The position numbers and the translations under genes were made by a program. From Eledone cirrhosa (taxonomy: Eukaryota), in NCBI GenBank assembly GCA_964016885.1, contig OZ024765.1, positions 21,948,001-22,012,000 of the forward strand: 64,000 nucleotides of DNA, given 5' to 3'. Numbering within the stretch: position 1 is the stretch's first letter; every line of letters starts with the position of its first letter. The notes beneath the pieces were generated by a model, which saw nothing but the letters and a program-made list of their open reading frames with translations, made no database searches and was not told the origin of the DNA. Below, piece by piece: positions 25,301-40,300 of the stretch.

Positions 25301-28300
25301 ATGTCTGAGAGAGTGTCTATGTATGTGAATGTCTGAGAGACTATGTATGTGTGTCTATTTATGTCTGAGAGAGAGTGTCTATGTATGTGAGTGTCTGAGA
25401 GACTATGTATGTGTGTCTATGTATGTCTGAGAGAGAGTGTCTATGTATGAGAGTGCCTGAGAGACTATGTATGTGTGTCTATGTATGTCTGAGAGAGTGT
25501 CTATGTATGTGAGTGTCTGAGAGACTATGTATGTGTGTCTATGTATGTCTGAGAGAGTGTCTATGTATGTGAGTGTCTGAGAGACTGTGTATGTGTGTCT
25601 ATGTATGTCTGAGAGAGTGTCTATGTATGTGAGTGTCTGAGAGACTATGTATGTGTGTCTATGTATGTCTGAGAGAGTGTCTATGTATGTCTGAGAGAGT
25701 GTCTATGTATGTGAGTGTCTGAGAGACTGTGTATGTGTGTCTATGTAGGTCTGAGAGAGTGTCTATGTATGTCTGAGAGAGTGTCTATGTATGTGAGTGT
25801 CTGAGAGACTGTGTATGTGTGTCTATGTATGTCTGACAGAGAGTGTATATGTATGTGAGTGTCTGAGAGACTGTGTATGTGTGTCTATGTACGTCTGAGA
25901 GAGAGTGTCTATGTATGTGAGTGTCTGAGAGACTGTGTATGTGTGTCTATGTATGTCTGAGAGAGTGTCTATGTATGTGAGTGTCTGAGAGACTGTGTAT
26001 GTGTGTCTATGTATGTCTGAGAGAGAGTGTATATGTATGTGAGTGTCTGAGAGACTGTGTATGTGTGTCTATGTATGTCTGAGAGAGAGTGTCTATGTAT
26101 GTGAGTGTCTGAGAGTCTATGTATGTGTGTCTATGTATGTCTGAGAGTGTGTCTATGTATGTGAGTGTCTGAGAGACTGTGTATGTGTGTCTATGTATGT
26201 CTGAGAGAGAGTCTATGTATGTGAGTGTCTGACAGACTATGTATGTGTGTCTATGTATGTCTGAGAGAGTGTCTATGTATGTGAGTCTCTGAGAGACTGT
26301 GTATGTGTGTCTATGTATGTCTGAGAGAGAGTGTCTATATATGTGAGTGTCTGAGAGACTATGTATGTGTGTCTATGTATGTCTGAGAGAGAGTGTCTAT
26401 GTATGTGAGTGTCTGAGAGACTATGTATGTGTGTCTATGTATGTCTGAGAGAGTGTCTATGTATGTGAGTGTCTGAGAGACTATGTATGTGTGTCTATGT
26501 ATGTCTGAGAGAGAGTGTCTATATATGTGAGTGTCTGAGAGACTATGTATGTGTGTCTATGTATGTCTGAGAGAGAGTGTCTATGTATGTGAGTGTCTGA
26601 GAGACTATGTATGTGTGTCTATGTATGTCTGAGAGAGTGTCTATGTATGTGAGTGTCTGAGAGACTATGTATGTGTGTCTATGTATGTCTGAGAGAGAGT
26701 GTCTATGTATGTGAGTGTCTGAGAGACTGTGTATGTGTGTCTATGTATGTCTGAGAGAGTGTGTCTATGTATGTGAGTGTCTGAGAGACTATGTATGTGT
26801 GTCTATGTATCTCTGAGAGAGTGTGTCTATGTATGTGAGTGTCTGAGAGACTGTGTATGTGTGTCTATGTATGTCTGAGAGAGTGTGTCTATGTATGTGA
26901 GTGTCTGAGAGACTATGTATGTGTGTCTATGTATGTCTGAGAGAGTGTGTCTATGTATGTGAGTGTCTGAGAGACTGTGTATGTGTGTCTATGTATGTCT
27001 GAGAGAGAGTGTCTATGTATGTGACTGTCTTAGAGACTATGTATGTGTGTCTATGTATGTGAGTGTCTAAGAAACTATGTATGTGTGTCTATGTATGTCT
27101 GAGAGAGAGTGTCTATGTATGTGAATGTCTGAGAGACTGTGTATGTGTGTCTATGTATGACTGAGAGAGAGTCTATGTATGTGTGTCTATGTATGTCTGA
27201 GAGAGTGTATATGTATGTGAGTGTCTGAGAGACTATGTATGTGTGTCTATGTATGTCTGAGAGAGAGTGTCTATGTATGTGAGTGTCTGAGAGTCTATGT
27301 ATGTGTGTCTATGTATGTCTGAGAGTGTGTCTATGTATGTGAGTGTCTGAGAGACTGTGTATGTGTGTCTATGTATGTCTGAGAGAGAGTCTATGTATGT
27401 GAGTGTCTGACAGACTATGTATGTGTGTCTATGTATGTCTGAGAGAGTGTCTATGTATGTGAGTCTCTGAGAGACTGTGTATGTGTGTCTATGTATGTCT
27501 GAGAGAGAGTGTCTATATATGTGAGTGTCTGAGAGACTATGTATGTGTGTCTATGTATGTCTGAGAGAGAGTGTCTATGTATGTGAGTGTCTGAGAGACT
27601 ATGTATGTGTGTCTATGTATGTCTGAGAGAGTGTCTATGTATGTGAGTGTCTGAGAGACTATGTATGTGTGTCTATGTATGTCTGAGAGAGAGTGTCTAT
27701 ATATGTGAGTGTCTGAGAGACTATGTATGTGTGTCTATGTATGTCTGAGAGAGAGTGTCTATGTATGTGAGTGTCTGAGAGACTATGTATGTGTGTCTAT
27801 GTATGTCTGAGAGAGTGTCTATGTATGTGAGTGTCTGAGAGACTATGTATGTGTGTCTATGTATGTCTGAGAGAGAGTGTCTATGTATGTGAGTGTCTGA
27901 GAGACTGTGTATGTGTGTCTATGTATGTCTGAGAGAGTGTGTCTATGTATGTGAGTGTCTGAGAGACTATGTATGTGTGTCTATGTATCTCTGAGAGAGT
28001 GTGTCTATGTATGTGAGTGTCTGAGAGACTGTGTATGTGTGTCTATGTATGTCTGAGAGAGTGTGTCTATGTATGTGAGTGTCTGAGAGACTATGTATGT
28101 GTGTCTATGTATGTCTGAGAGAGTGTGTCTATGTATGTGAGTGTCTGAGAGACTGTGTATGTGTGTCTATGTATGTCTGAGAGAGAGTGTCTATGTATGT
28201 GACTGTCTTAGAGACTATGTATGTGTGTCTATGTATGTGAGTGTCTAAGAAACTATGTATGTGTGTCTATGTATGTCTGAGAGAGAGTGTCTATGTATGT

Positions 28301-31300
28301 GAATGTCTGAGAGACTGTGTATGTGTGTCTATGTATGACTGAGAGAGAGTCTATGTATGTGTGTCTACGTATGTCTGAGAGAGAGTGTATATGTATGTGA
28401 GTGTCTGAGAGACTGTGTATGTGTGTCTATGTATGTCTGAGAGAGAGTGTCTATGTATGTGACTGTCTTAGAGACTATGTATGTGTGTCTATGTATGTGA
28501 GTGTCTAAGAAACTATGTATGTGTGTCTATGTATGTCTGAGAGAGTGTCTATGTATGTGAGTGTCTGAGAGACTGTGTATGTGTGTCTATGTATATTTGA
28601 GAGAGTGTCTATGTATGTGAGTGTCTGAGAGACTGTGTATGTGTGTCTATGTATGTCTGAGAGAGTGTCTATGTATGTGAGTGTCTGAGAAACTATGTAT
28701 GTGTGTCTATGTATGTCTGAGAGAGTGCCTATGTATGTGAGTGTCTGAGGGACTGTGTATGTGTGTCTATGTATGTCTGAGAGAGTGTCTATGTATGTGA
28801 GTGTCTGAGTAACTATGTATGTGTGTCTATGTATGTCTGAGAGAGTGTCTATGTATGTGAGTGTCTGAGAGACTGTGTATGTGTGTCTATGTATGTCTGA
28901 GAGAGTGTCTATGTATGTGAGTGTCTGAGAGACTGTGTATGTGTGTCTATGTATGTCTGAGAGAGTGTCTATGTATGTGAGTGTCTGAGAGACTGTGTAT
29001 GTGTGTCTATGTATGTCTGAGAGAGTGTCTATGTATGTGAGTGTCTGAGAGACTGTGTGTGTGTGTCTATGTATGTCTGAGAGAGAGTGTCTATGTATGT
29101 GAGTGTCTGAGAGACTGTGTATGTGTGTCTATGTATGTCTGAGAGAGTGTGTCTATGTATGTGAGTGTCTGAGAGACTATGTATGTGTGTCTATGTATGT
29201 CTGAGAGAGAGTGTCTATGTATGAGAGTGTCTGAGAGACTATGTATGTGTGTCTATGTATGTCTGAGAGAGTGTCTATGTATGTGAGTGTCTGAGGGACT
29301 GTGTATGTGTGTCTATGTATGTCTGAGAGAGTGTCTATGTATGTGAGTGTCTGAGAAACTATGTATGTGTGTCTATGTATGTCTGAGAGAGTGTCTATGT
29401 ATGTGAGTGTCTGAGAGACTGTGTATGTGTGTCTATGTATGTGAGTGTCTGAGAGACTGTGTATGTGTGTCTATGTATGTCTGAGAGAGTGTCTATGTAT
29501 GTGAGTGTCTGAGAGACTGTGTATGTGTGTCTATGTATGTCTGATAGAGTGTCTATGTATGTGAGTGTCTGAGAGACTGTGTATGTGTGTCTATGTATGT
29601 CTGAGAGAGTGTCTATGTATGTGAGTGTCTGAGAGACTGTGTGTGTGTGTCTATGTATGTCTGAGAGAGAGTGTCTATGTATGTGAGTGTCTGAGAGACT
29701 GTGTATGTGTGTCTATGTATGTCTGAGAGAGTGTGTCTATGTATGTGAGTGTCTGAGAGACTATGTATGTGTGTCTATGTATGTCTGAGAGAGTGTCTAT
29801 GTATGTGAGTGTCTGACAGACTATGTATGTGTGTCTATGTATGTCTGAGAGAGTGTCTATGTATGTGAGTCTCTGAGAGACTGTGTATGTGTGTCTAAGT
29901 ATGTCTGAGAGAGTGTCTATGTATGTGAATGTCTGAGAGACTATGTATGTGTGTCTATTTATGTCTGAGAGAGAGTGTCTATGTATGTGAGTGTCTGAGA
30001 GACTATGTATGTGTGTCTATGTATGTCTGAGAGAGAGTGTCTATGTATGAGAGTGCCTGAGAGACTATGTATGTGTGTCTATGTATGTCTGAGAGAGTGT
30101 CTATGTATGTGAGTGTCTGAGAGACTATGTATGTGTGTCTATGTATGTCTGAGAGAGTGTCTATGTATGTGAGTGTCTGAGAGACTGTGTATGTGTGTCT
30201 ATGTATGTCTGAGAGAGTGTCTATGTATGTGAGTGTCTGAGAGACTATGTATGTGTGTCTATGTATGTCTGAGAGAGTGTCTATGTATGTCTGAGAGAGT
30301 GTCTATGTATGTGAGTGTCTGAGAGACTGTGTATGTGTGTCTATGCAGGTCTGAGAGAGTGTCTATGTATGTCTGAGAGAGTGTCTATGTATGTGAGTGT
30401 CTGAGAGACTGTGTATGTGTGTCTATGTACGTCTGAGATAGAGTGTCTATGTATGTGAGTGTCTGAGAGACTGTGTATGTGTGTCTATGTATGTCTGAGA
30501 GAGTGTATATGTATGTGAGTGTCTGAGAGACTGTGTATGTGTGTCTATGTATGTCTGAGAGAGAGTGTATATGTATGTGAGTGTCTGAGAGACTGTGTAT
30601 GTGTGTCTATGTACGTCTGAGAGAGAGTGTCTATGTATATGAGTGTCTGAGACACTGTGTATGTGTGTCTATGTATGTCTGAGAGAGTGTCTATGTAGTG
30701 AGTGTCTGAGAGACTATGTATGTGTGTCTATGTATGTCTGAGAGAGAGTGTCTATGTATGTGAGTGTCTGAGAGTCTATGTATGTGTGTCTATGTATGTC
30801 TGAGAGTGTGTCTATGTATGTGAGTGTCTGAGAGACTGTGTATGTGTGTCTATGTATGTCTGAGAGAGAGTCTATGTATGTGAGTGTCTGACAGACTATG
30901 TATGTGTGTCTATGTATGTCTGAGAGAGAGTGTCTATGTATGTGAGTCTCTGAGAGACTGTGTATGTGTGTCTATGTATGTCTGAGAGAGAGTGTCTATA
31001 TATGTGAGTGTCTGAGAGACTATGTATGTGTGTCTATGTATGTCTGAGAGAGAGTGTCTATGTATGTGAGTGTCTGAGAGACTATGTATGTGTGTCTATG
31101 TATGTCTGAGAGAGTGTCTATGTATGTGAGTGTCTGAGAGACTATGTATGTGTGTCTATGTATGTCTGAGAGAGAGTGTCTATGTATGTGAGTGTCTGAG
31201 AGACTATGTATGTGTGTCTATGTATGTCTGAGAGAGTGTGTCTATGTATGTGAGTGTCTGAGAGACTATGTATGTGTGTCTATGTATGTCTGAGAGAGTG

Positions 31301-34300
31301 TGTCTATGTATGTGAGTGTCTGAGAGACTATGTATGTGTGTCTATGTATGTCTGAGAGAGTGTGTCTATGTATGTGAGTGTCTGAGAGACTATGTATGTG
31401 TGTCTATGTATGTCTGAGAGAGTGTGTCTATGTATGTGAGTGTCTGTGAGACTGTGTATGTGTGTTTATGTATGTCTGAGAGAGTGTGTCTATGTATGTG
31501 AGTGTCTGTGAGACTGTGTATGTGTGTCTATATATGTCTGAGAGAGTGTCTATGTATGTGAGTGTCTGAGAGACTATGTATGTGTGTCTATATATGTCTG
31601 AGAGAGTGTCTATGTATGTGAGTGTCTGAGAGAATATGTATGTGTGTCTATGTATGTCTGAGAGAGTGTATATTTATGTGAGTGTCTGAGAGACTATGTA
31701 TGTGTGTCTATGTATGTCTGAGAGCGAGTGTCTATGTATGTGAGTGTCTGAGAGACTATGTATGTGTGTCTATGTCTGAGAGAGAGTGTCTATGTATATG
31801 AGTGTCTGAGAGACTGTGTATGTGTGTCTATGTATGTCTGAGAGAGAGTGTCTATGTATGTGAGTGTCTGAGAGACTGTATATGTGTGTCTATGTATGTC
31901 TGAGAGAGTGTCTACGTATGTGTGTGACTGAGAGACTGTGTATGTGTGTCTATGTATGTCTGAGAGAGAGTGTCTATGTATGTGAGTGTCTTAGAGACTA
32001 TGTATGTGTGTCTATGTATGTCTGAGAGAGTGTCTATGTATGTGAGTGTCTGAGAGACTGTGTATGTGTGTCTATGTATGTCTGAGAGAGAGTGTCTATG
32101 TATGTGAGTGTCTGAGAAACTATGTATGTGTGTCTATGTATGTCTGAGAGAGTGTCTATGTATGTGAGTGTCTGAGAGACTGTGTATGTGTGTCTATGTA
32201 TGTTTGAGAGAGTGTCTATGTATGTGAGTGTCTGAGAGACTGTGTATGTGTGTCTATGTATGTCTGAGAGTGTGTCTATGTATGTGAGTGTCTGAGAGAC
32301 TGTGTATCTGTGTCTATGTATGTCTGAGAGAGTGTCTATGTATGTGAGTGTCTGAGAAACTATGTATGTGTGTCTATGTATGTCTGAGAGAGTGTCTATG
32401 TATGTGAGTGTCTGAGAGACTGTGTATATGTGTCTATGTATGTCTGAGAGAGTGTCTATGTATGTGAGTGTCTGAGAAACTATGTATGTGTGTCTATGTA
32501 TGTCTGAGAGAGTGTGTCTATGTATGTGAGTGTCTGAGAGACTATGTATGTGTGTCTATGTATGTCTGAGAGAGTGTCTATGTATGTGAGTGTCTGAGAG
32601 ACTATGTATGTGTGTCTATGTATGTCTGAGAGAGTGTCTATGTATGTGAGTGTCTGACAGACTATGTATGTGTGTCTATGTATGTCTGAGAGAGTGTCTA
32701 TGTATGTGAGTGTCTGAGAGACTGTGTATGTGTGTCTATGTATGTCTGAGAGAGTGTCTATGTATGTGAGTGTCTGAGAGACTGTGTATGTGTGTCTATG
32801 TATGTCTGAGAGAGAGTGTATATGTATGTGAGTGTCTGAGAGACTGTGTATGTGTGTCTATGTACGTCTGAGAGAGAGTGTCTATGTATGTGAGTGTCTG
32901 AGAGACTGTGTATGTGTGTCTATGTATGTCTGAGAGAGTGTCTATGTATGTGAGTGTCTGAGAGACTGTGTATGTGTGTCTATGTATGTCTGAGAGAGAG
33001 TGTATATGTATGTGAGTGTCTGAGAGACTGTGTATGTGTGTCTATCTACGTCTGAGAGAGAGTGTCTATGTATATGAGTGTCTGAGAGACTGTGTATGTG
33101 TGTCTATGTATGTCTGAGAGAGTGTCTATGTATGTGAGTGTCTGAGAGACTATGTATGTGTGTCTATGTATGTCTGAGAGAGAGTGTATATGTATGTGAG
33201 TGTCTGAGAGACTGTGTATGTGTGTCTATGTATGTCTGAGAGAGAGTGTCTATGTATGTGAGTGTCTGGGAGACTATGTATGTTTGTCTATGTATGTCTG
33301 AGAGAGAGTGTATATGTATGTGAGTGTCTGAGAGACTGTGTATGTGTGTCTATGTATGTCTGAGAGATAGTGTATATGTATGTGAGTGTCTGAGAGACTG
33401 TGTATGTGTGTCTATGTATTTCTGAGAGAGTGTCTATGTATGTGAGTGTCTGAGAGACTGTGTATGTGTGTCTATGTATGTCTGAGAGAGAGTGTATATG
33501 TATGTGAGTGTCTGAGAGACTGTGTATGTGTGTCTATCTACGTCTGAGAGAGAGTGTCTATGTATATGAGTGTCTGAGAGACTATGTATGTGTGTCTATG
33601 TATGTCTGAGAGAGAGTCTATGTATGTGTGTCTATGTATGTCTGAGAGAGTGTGTCTATGTATGTGAGTGTCTGAGAGACTGTGTATGTGTGTCTATGTA
33701 TGTCTGAGAGAGAGTGTATATGTATGTGAGTGTCTGAGAGACTGTGTATGTGTGTCTATGTATGTCTGAGAGAGAGTGTATATGTATGTGAGTGTCTGAG
33801 AGAATGTGTATGTGTTTCTATGTATGTCTGAGAGAGTGTCTATGTATGTGAGTGTCTGAGAGACTATGTATGTGTGTCTATGTATGTCTGAGAGAGAGTG
33901 TCTATGTATGTGAGTGTCTGAGAGTCTATGTATGTGTGTCTATGTATGTCTGAGAGTGTGTCTATGTATGTGAGTGTCTGAGAGACTGTGTATGTGTGTC
34001 TATGTATGTCTGAGAGAGAGTCTATGTATGTGAGTGTCTGACAGACTATGTATGTGTGTCTATGTATGTCTGAGAGAGTGTGTCTATGCATGTGAGTGTC
34101 TGAGAGACTATGTATGTGTGTCTATGTATGTCTGAGAGAGTGTGTCTATGTATGTGAGTGTCTGAGAGACTGTGTATGTGTGTCTATGTATGTCTGAGAG
34201 AGAGTGTCTATATATGTGAGTGTCTGAGAGACTATGTATGTGTGTCTATATATGTCTGAGAGAGTGTCTATGTATGTGAGTGTCTGAGAGACTATGTATG

Positions 34301-37300
34301 TGTGTCTATGTATGTCTGAGAGAGTGTATATGTATGTGAGTGTCTGAGAGACTATGTATGTGTGTCTATGTATGTCTGAGAGCGAGTGTCTATGTATGTG
34401 AGTGTCTGAGAGACTATGTATGTGTGTCTATGTCTGAGAGAGAGTGTCTATGTATATGAGTGTCTGAGAGACTGTGTATGTGTGTCTATGTATGTCTGAG
34501 AGAGAGTGTCTATGTATGTGAGTGTCTGAGAGACTGTGTATGTGTGTCTATGTATGTCTGAGAGAGTGTCTACGTATGTGTGTGTCTGAGAGACTGTGTA
34601 TGTGTGTCTATGTATGTCTGAGATAGTGTCTATGTATGTGAGTGTCTGAGAGACTGTGTATGTGTGTCTATGTATGTCTGAGAGAGTGTCTATGTATGTG
34701 AGTGTCTGAGAGACTGTGTATGTGTGTCTATGTATGTCTGAGAGAGAGTGTCTATGTATGTGAGTGTCTGAGAGACTGTGTATGTGTGTCTATGTATGTC
34801 TGAGAGAGAGTGTCTATGTATGTGAGTGTCTGAGAGACTGTGTATGTGTGTCTATGTATGTCTGAGAGAGTGTCTACGTATGTGTGTGTCTGAGAGACTG
34901 TGTATGTGTGTCTATGTATGTCTGAGAGAGTGTCTATGTATGTGAGTGTCTGAGAGACTGTGTATGTGTGTCTATGTATGTCTGACAGAGTGTCTATGTA
35001 TCAGAGTGTCTGAGAGACTATGTATGTGTGTCTATGTATGTCTGAGAGAGAGTCTATGTATGTGAGTGTCTGAGAGACTGTGTATGTGTGACTATGTATG
35101 TCTGAGAGAGTGTCTATGTATGTGAGTGTCTGAGAGACTGTGTATGTGTGTCTATGTATGTCTGAGAGAGAGTGTATATGTATGTGAGTGTCTGAGAGAC
35201 TATGTATGTGTGTCTATGTATGTCTGAGAGAGAGTGTCTATGTATGAGAGTGTCTGAGAGACTGTGTATGTGTGTCTATGTATGTCTGAGAGAGAGTGTC
35301 TATGTATGTGAGTGTCTGAGAGACTGTGTATGTGTGTCTATGTATGTCTGAGAGAGTGTCTATGTATGAGAGTGTCTGAGAGACTGTGTATGTGTGTCTA
35401 TGTATGTCTGAGAGAGTGTGTCTATGTATGTGAGTGTCTGAGAGACTGTGTATGTGTGTCTATGTATGTCTGAGAGAGTGTCTATGTATGTGAGTGTCTG
35501 AGAGACTGTGTATGTGTGTCTATGTATGTCTGAGAGAGAGTGTCTATGTATGTGAGTGTCTGAGAGACTATGTATGTGTGTCTATGTATGTCTGAGAGAG
35601 AGTGTCTATGTATGTGAGTGTCTGAGAGACTATCTATGTGTGTCTATGTATGTCTGAGAGAGTGTCTATGTATGTGAGCGTCTGAGAGACTATGTATGTG
35701 TGTCTATGTATGTCTGTGAGAGAGTCTATGTATGTGAGTGTCTGAGAGACTATGTATGTGTGTCTATGTATGTCTGAGAGAGTGTGTCTATGTATGTGAG
35801 TGTCTGAGAGACTATGTATGTGTGTCTATGTATGTCTGAGAGAGAGTGTCTATGTATGAGAGTGTCTGAGAGACTGTGTATGTGTGTCTATGTATGTCTG
35901 AGAGAGAGTGTCTATGTATGTGAGTGTCTGAGAGACTGTGTATGTGTGTCTATGTATGTCTGAGAGAGTGTCTATGTATGAGAGTGTCTGAGAGACTGTG
36001 TATGTGTGTCTATGTATGTTTGAGAGAGTGTATATTTATGTGAGTGTCTGAGAGACTATGTATGTGTGTCTATGTATGTCTGAGAGCGAGTGTCTATGTA
36101 TGTGAGTGTCTGAGAGACTATGTATGTGTGTCTATGTCTGAGAGAGAGTGTCTATGTATATGAGTGTCTGAGAGACTGTGTATGTGTGTCTATGTATGTC
36201 TGAGAGAGAGTGTCTATGTATGTGAGTGTCTGAGAGACTGTATATGTGTGTCTATGTATGTCTGAGAGAGTGTCTACGTATGTGTGTGACTGAGAGACTG
36301 TGTATGTGTGTCTATGTATGTCTGAGAGAGAGTGTCTATGTATGTGAGTGTCTTAGAGACTATGTATGTGTGTCTATGTATGTCTGAGAGAGTGTCTATG
36401 TATGTGAGTGTCTGAGAGACTGTGTATGTGTGTCTATGTATGTCTGAGAGAGAGTGTCTATGTATGTGAGTGTCTGAGAGACTGTGTATGTGTGTCTATG
36501 TATGTCTGAGAGAGAGTGTCTATGTATGTGAGTGTCTGAGAAACTATGTATGTGTGTCTATGTATGTCTGAGAGAGTGTCTATGTATGTGAGTGTCTGAG
36601 AGACTGTGTATGTGTGTCTATGTATGTTTGAGAGAGTGTCTATGTATGTGAGTGTCTGAGAGACTGTGTATGTGTGTCTATGTATGTCTGAGAGTGTGTC
36701 TATGTATGTGAGTGTCTGAGAGACTGTGTATCTGTGTCTATGTATGTCTGAGAGAGTGTCTATGTATGTGAGTGTCTGAGAAACTATGTATGTGTGTCTA
36801 TGTATGTCTGAGAGAGTGTCTATGTATGTGAGTGTCTGAGAGACTGTGTATATGTGTCTATGTATGTCTGAGAGAGTGTCTATGTATGTGAGTGTCTGAG
36901 AAACTATGTATGTGTGTCTATGTATGTCTGAGAGAGTGTGTCTATGTATGTGAGTGTCTGAGAGACTATGTATGTGTGTCTATGTATGTCTGAGAGAGTG
37001 TCTATGTATGTGAGTGTCTGAGAGACTATGTATGTGTGTCTATGTATGTCTGAGAGAGTGTCTATGTATGTGAGTGTCTGACAGACTATGTATGTGTGTC
37101 TATGTATGTCTGAGAGAGTGTCTATGTATGTGAGTGTCTGAGAGACTGTGTATGTGTGTCTATGTATGTCTGAGAGAGTGTCTATGTATGTGAGTGTCTG
37201 AGAGACTGTGTATGTGTGTCTATGTATGTCTGAGAGAGAGTGTATATGTATGTGAGTGTCTGAGAGACTGTGTATGTGTGTCTATGTACGTCTGAGAGAG

Positions 37301-40300
37301 AGTGTCTATGTATGTGAGTGTCTGAGAGACTGTGTATGTGTGTCTATGTATGTCTGAGAGAGTGTCTATGTATGTGAGTGTCTGAGAGACTGTGTATGTG
37401 TGTCTATGTATGTCTGAGAGAGAGTGTATATGTATGTGAGTGTCTGAGAGACTGTGTATGTGTGTCTATCTACGTCTGAGAGAGAGTGTCTATGTATATG
37501 AGTGTCTGAGAGACTGTGTATGTGTGTCTATGTATGTCTGAGAGAGTGTCTATGTATGTGAGTGTCTGAGAGACTATGTATGTGTGTCTATGTATGTCTG
37601 AGAGAGAGTGTATATGTATGTGAGTGTCTGAGAGACTGTGTATGTGTGTCTATGTATGTCTGAGAGAGAGTGTATATGTATGTGAGTGTCTGAGAGACTG
37701 TGTATGTGTGTCTATGTATGTCTGAGAGAGAGTGTCTATGTATGTGAGTGTCTGGGAGACTATGTATGTTTGTCTATGTATGTCTGAGAGAGAGTGTATA
37801 TGTATGTGAGTGTCTGAGAGACTGTGTATGTGTGTCTATGTATGTCTGAGAGAGAGTGTATATGTATGTGAGTGTCTGAGAGACTGTGTATGTGTGTCTA
37901 TGTATTTCTGAGAGAGTGTCTATGTATGTGAGTGTCTGAGAGACTGTGTATGTGTGTCTATGTATGTCTGAGAGAGAGTGTATATGTATGTGAGTGTCTG
38001 AGAGACTGTGTATGTGTGTCTATCTACGTCTGAGAGAGAGTGTCTATGTATATGAGTGTCTGAGAGACTATGTATGTGTGTCTATGTATGTCTGAGAGAG
38101 AGTCTATGTATGTGTGTCTATGTATGTCTGAGAGAGTGTGTCTATGTATGTGAGTGTCTGAGAGACTGTGTATGTGTGTCTATGTATGTCTGAGAGAGAG
38201 TGTATATGTATGTGAGTGTCTGAGAGACTGTGTATGTGTGTCTATGTATGTCTGAGAGAGAGTGTATATGTATGTGAGTGTCTGAGAGAATGTGTATGTG
38301 TTTCTATGTATGTCTGAGAGAGTGTCTATGTATGTGAGTGTCTGAGAGACTATGTATGTGTGTCTATGTATGTCTGAGAGAGAGTGTCTATGTATGTGAG
38401 TGTCTGAGAGTCTATGTATGTGTGTCTATGTATGTCTGAGAGTGTGTCTATGTATGTGAGTGTCTGAGAGACTGTGTATGTGTGTCTATGTATGTCTGAG
38501 AGTGTGTCTATGTATGTGAGTGTCTGAGAGACTGTGTATCTGTGTCTATGTATGTCTGAGAGAGTGTCTATGTATGTGAGTGTCTGAGAAACTATGTATG
38601 TGTGTCTATGTATGTCTGAGAGAGTGTCTATGTATGTGAGTGTCTGAGAGACTGTGTATATGTGTCTATGTATGTCTGAGAGAGTGTCTATGTATGTGAG
38701 TGTCTGAGAAACTATGTATGTGTGTCTATGTATGTCTGAGAGAGTGTGTCTATGTATGTGAGTGTCTGAGAGACTATGTATGTGTGTCTATGTATGTCTG
38801 AGAGAGTGTCTATGTATGTGAGTGTCTGAGAGACTATGTATGTGTGTCTATGTATGTCTGAGAGAGTGTCTATGTATGTGAGTGTCTGACAGACTATGTA
38901 TGTGTGTCTATGTATGTCTGAGAGAGTGTCTATGTATGTGAGTGTCTGAGAGACTGTGTATGTGTGTCTATGTATGTCTGAGAGAGTGTCTATGTATGTG
39001 AGTGTCTGAGAGACTGTGTATGTGTGTCTATGTATGTCTGAGAGAGTGTCTACGTATGTGTGTGTCTGAGAGACTGTGTATGTGTGTCTATGTATGTCTG
39101 AGATAGTGTCTATGTATGTGAGTGTCTGAGAGACTGTGTATGTGTGTCTATGTATGTCTGAGAGAGTGTCTATGTATGTGAGTGTCTGAGAGACTGTGTA
39201 TGTGTGTCTATGTATGTCTGAGAGAGAGTGTCTATGTATGTGAGTGTCTGAGAGACTGTGTATGTGTGTCTATGTATGTCTGAGAGAGAGTGTCTATGTA
39301 TGTGAGTGTCTGAGAGACTGTGTATGTGTGTCTATGTATGTCTGAGAGAGTGTCTACGTATGTGTGTGTCTGAGAGACTGTGTATGTGTGTCTATGTATG
39401 TCTGAGAGAGTGTCTATGTATGTGAGTGTCTGAGAGACTGTGTATGTGTGTCTATGTATGTCTGACAGAGTGTCTATGTATCAGAGTGTCTGAGAGACTA
39501 TGTATGTGTGTCTATGTATGTCTGAGAGAGAGTCTATGTATGTGAGTGTCTGAGAGACTGTGTATGTGTGACTATGTATGTCTGAGAGAGTGTCTATGTA
39601 TGTGAGTGTCTGAGAGACTGTGTATGTGTGTCTATGTATGTCTGAGAGAGAGTGTCTATGTATGTGAGTGTCTGAGAGACTATGTATGTGTGTCTATGTA
39701 TGTCTGAGAGAGAGTGTCTATGTATGAGAGTGTCTGAGAGACTGTGTATGTGTGTCTATGTATGTCTGAGAGAGAGTGTCTATGTATGTGAGTGTCTGAA
39801 AGACTGTGTATGTGTGTCTATGTATGTCTGAGAAAGTGTCTATGTATGAGAGTGTCTGAGAGACTGTGTATGTGTGTCTATGTATGTCTGAGAGAGTGTG
39901 TCTATGTATGTGAGTGTCTGAGAGACTGTGTATGTGTGTCTATGTATGTCTGAGAGAGTGTCTATGTATGTGAGTGTCTGAGAGACTGTGTATGTGTGTC
40001 TATGTATGTCTGAGAGAGAGTGTCTATGTATGTGAGTGTCTGAGAGACTATGTATGTGTGTCTATGTATGTCTGAGAGAGAGTGTCTATGTATGTGAGTG
40101 TCTGAGAGACTATCTATGTGTGTCTATGTATGTCTGAGAGAGTGTCTATGTATGTGAGCGTCTGAGAGACTATGTATGTGTGTCTATGTATGTCTGTGAG
40201 AGAGTCTATGTATGTGAGTGTCTGAGAGACTATGTATGTGTGTCTATGTATGTCTGAGAGAGTGTGTCTATGTATGTGAGTGTCTGAGAGACTATGTATG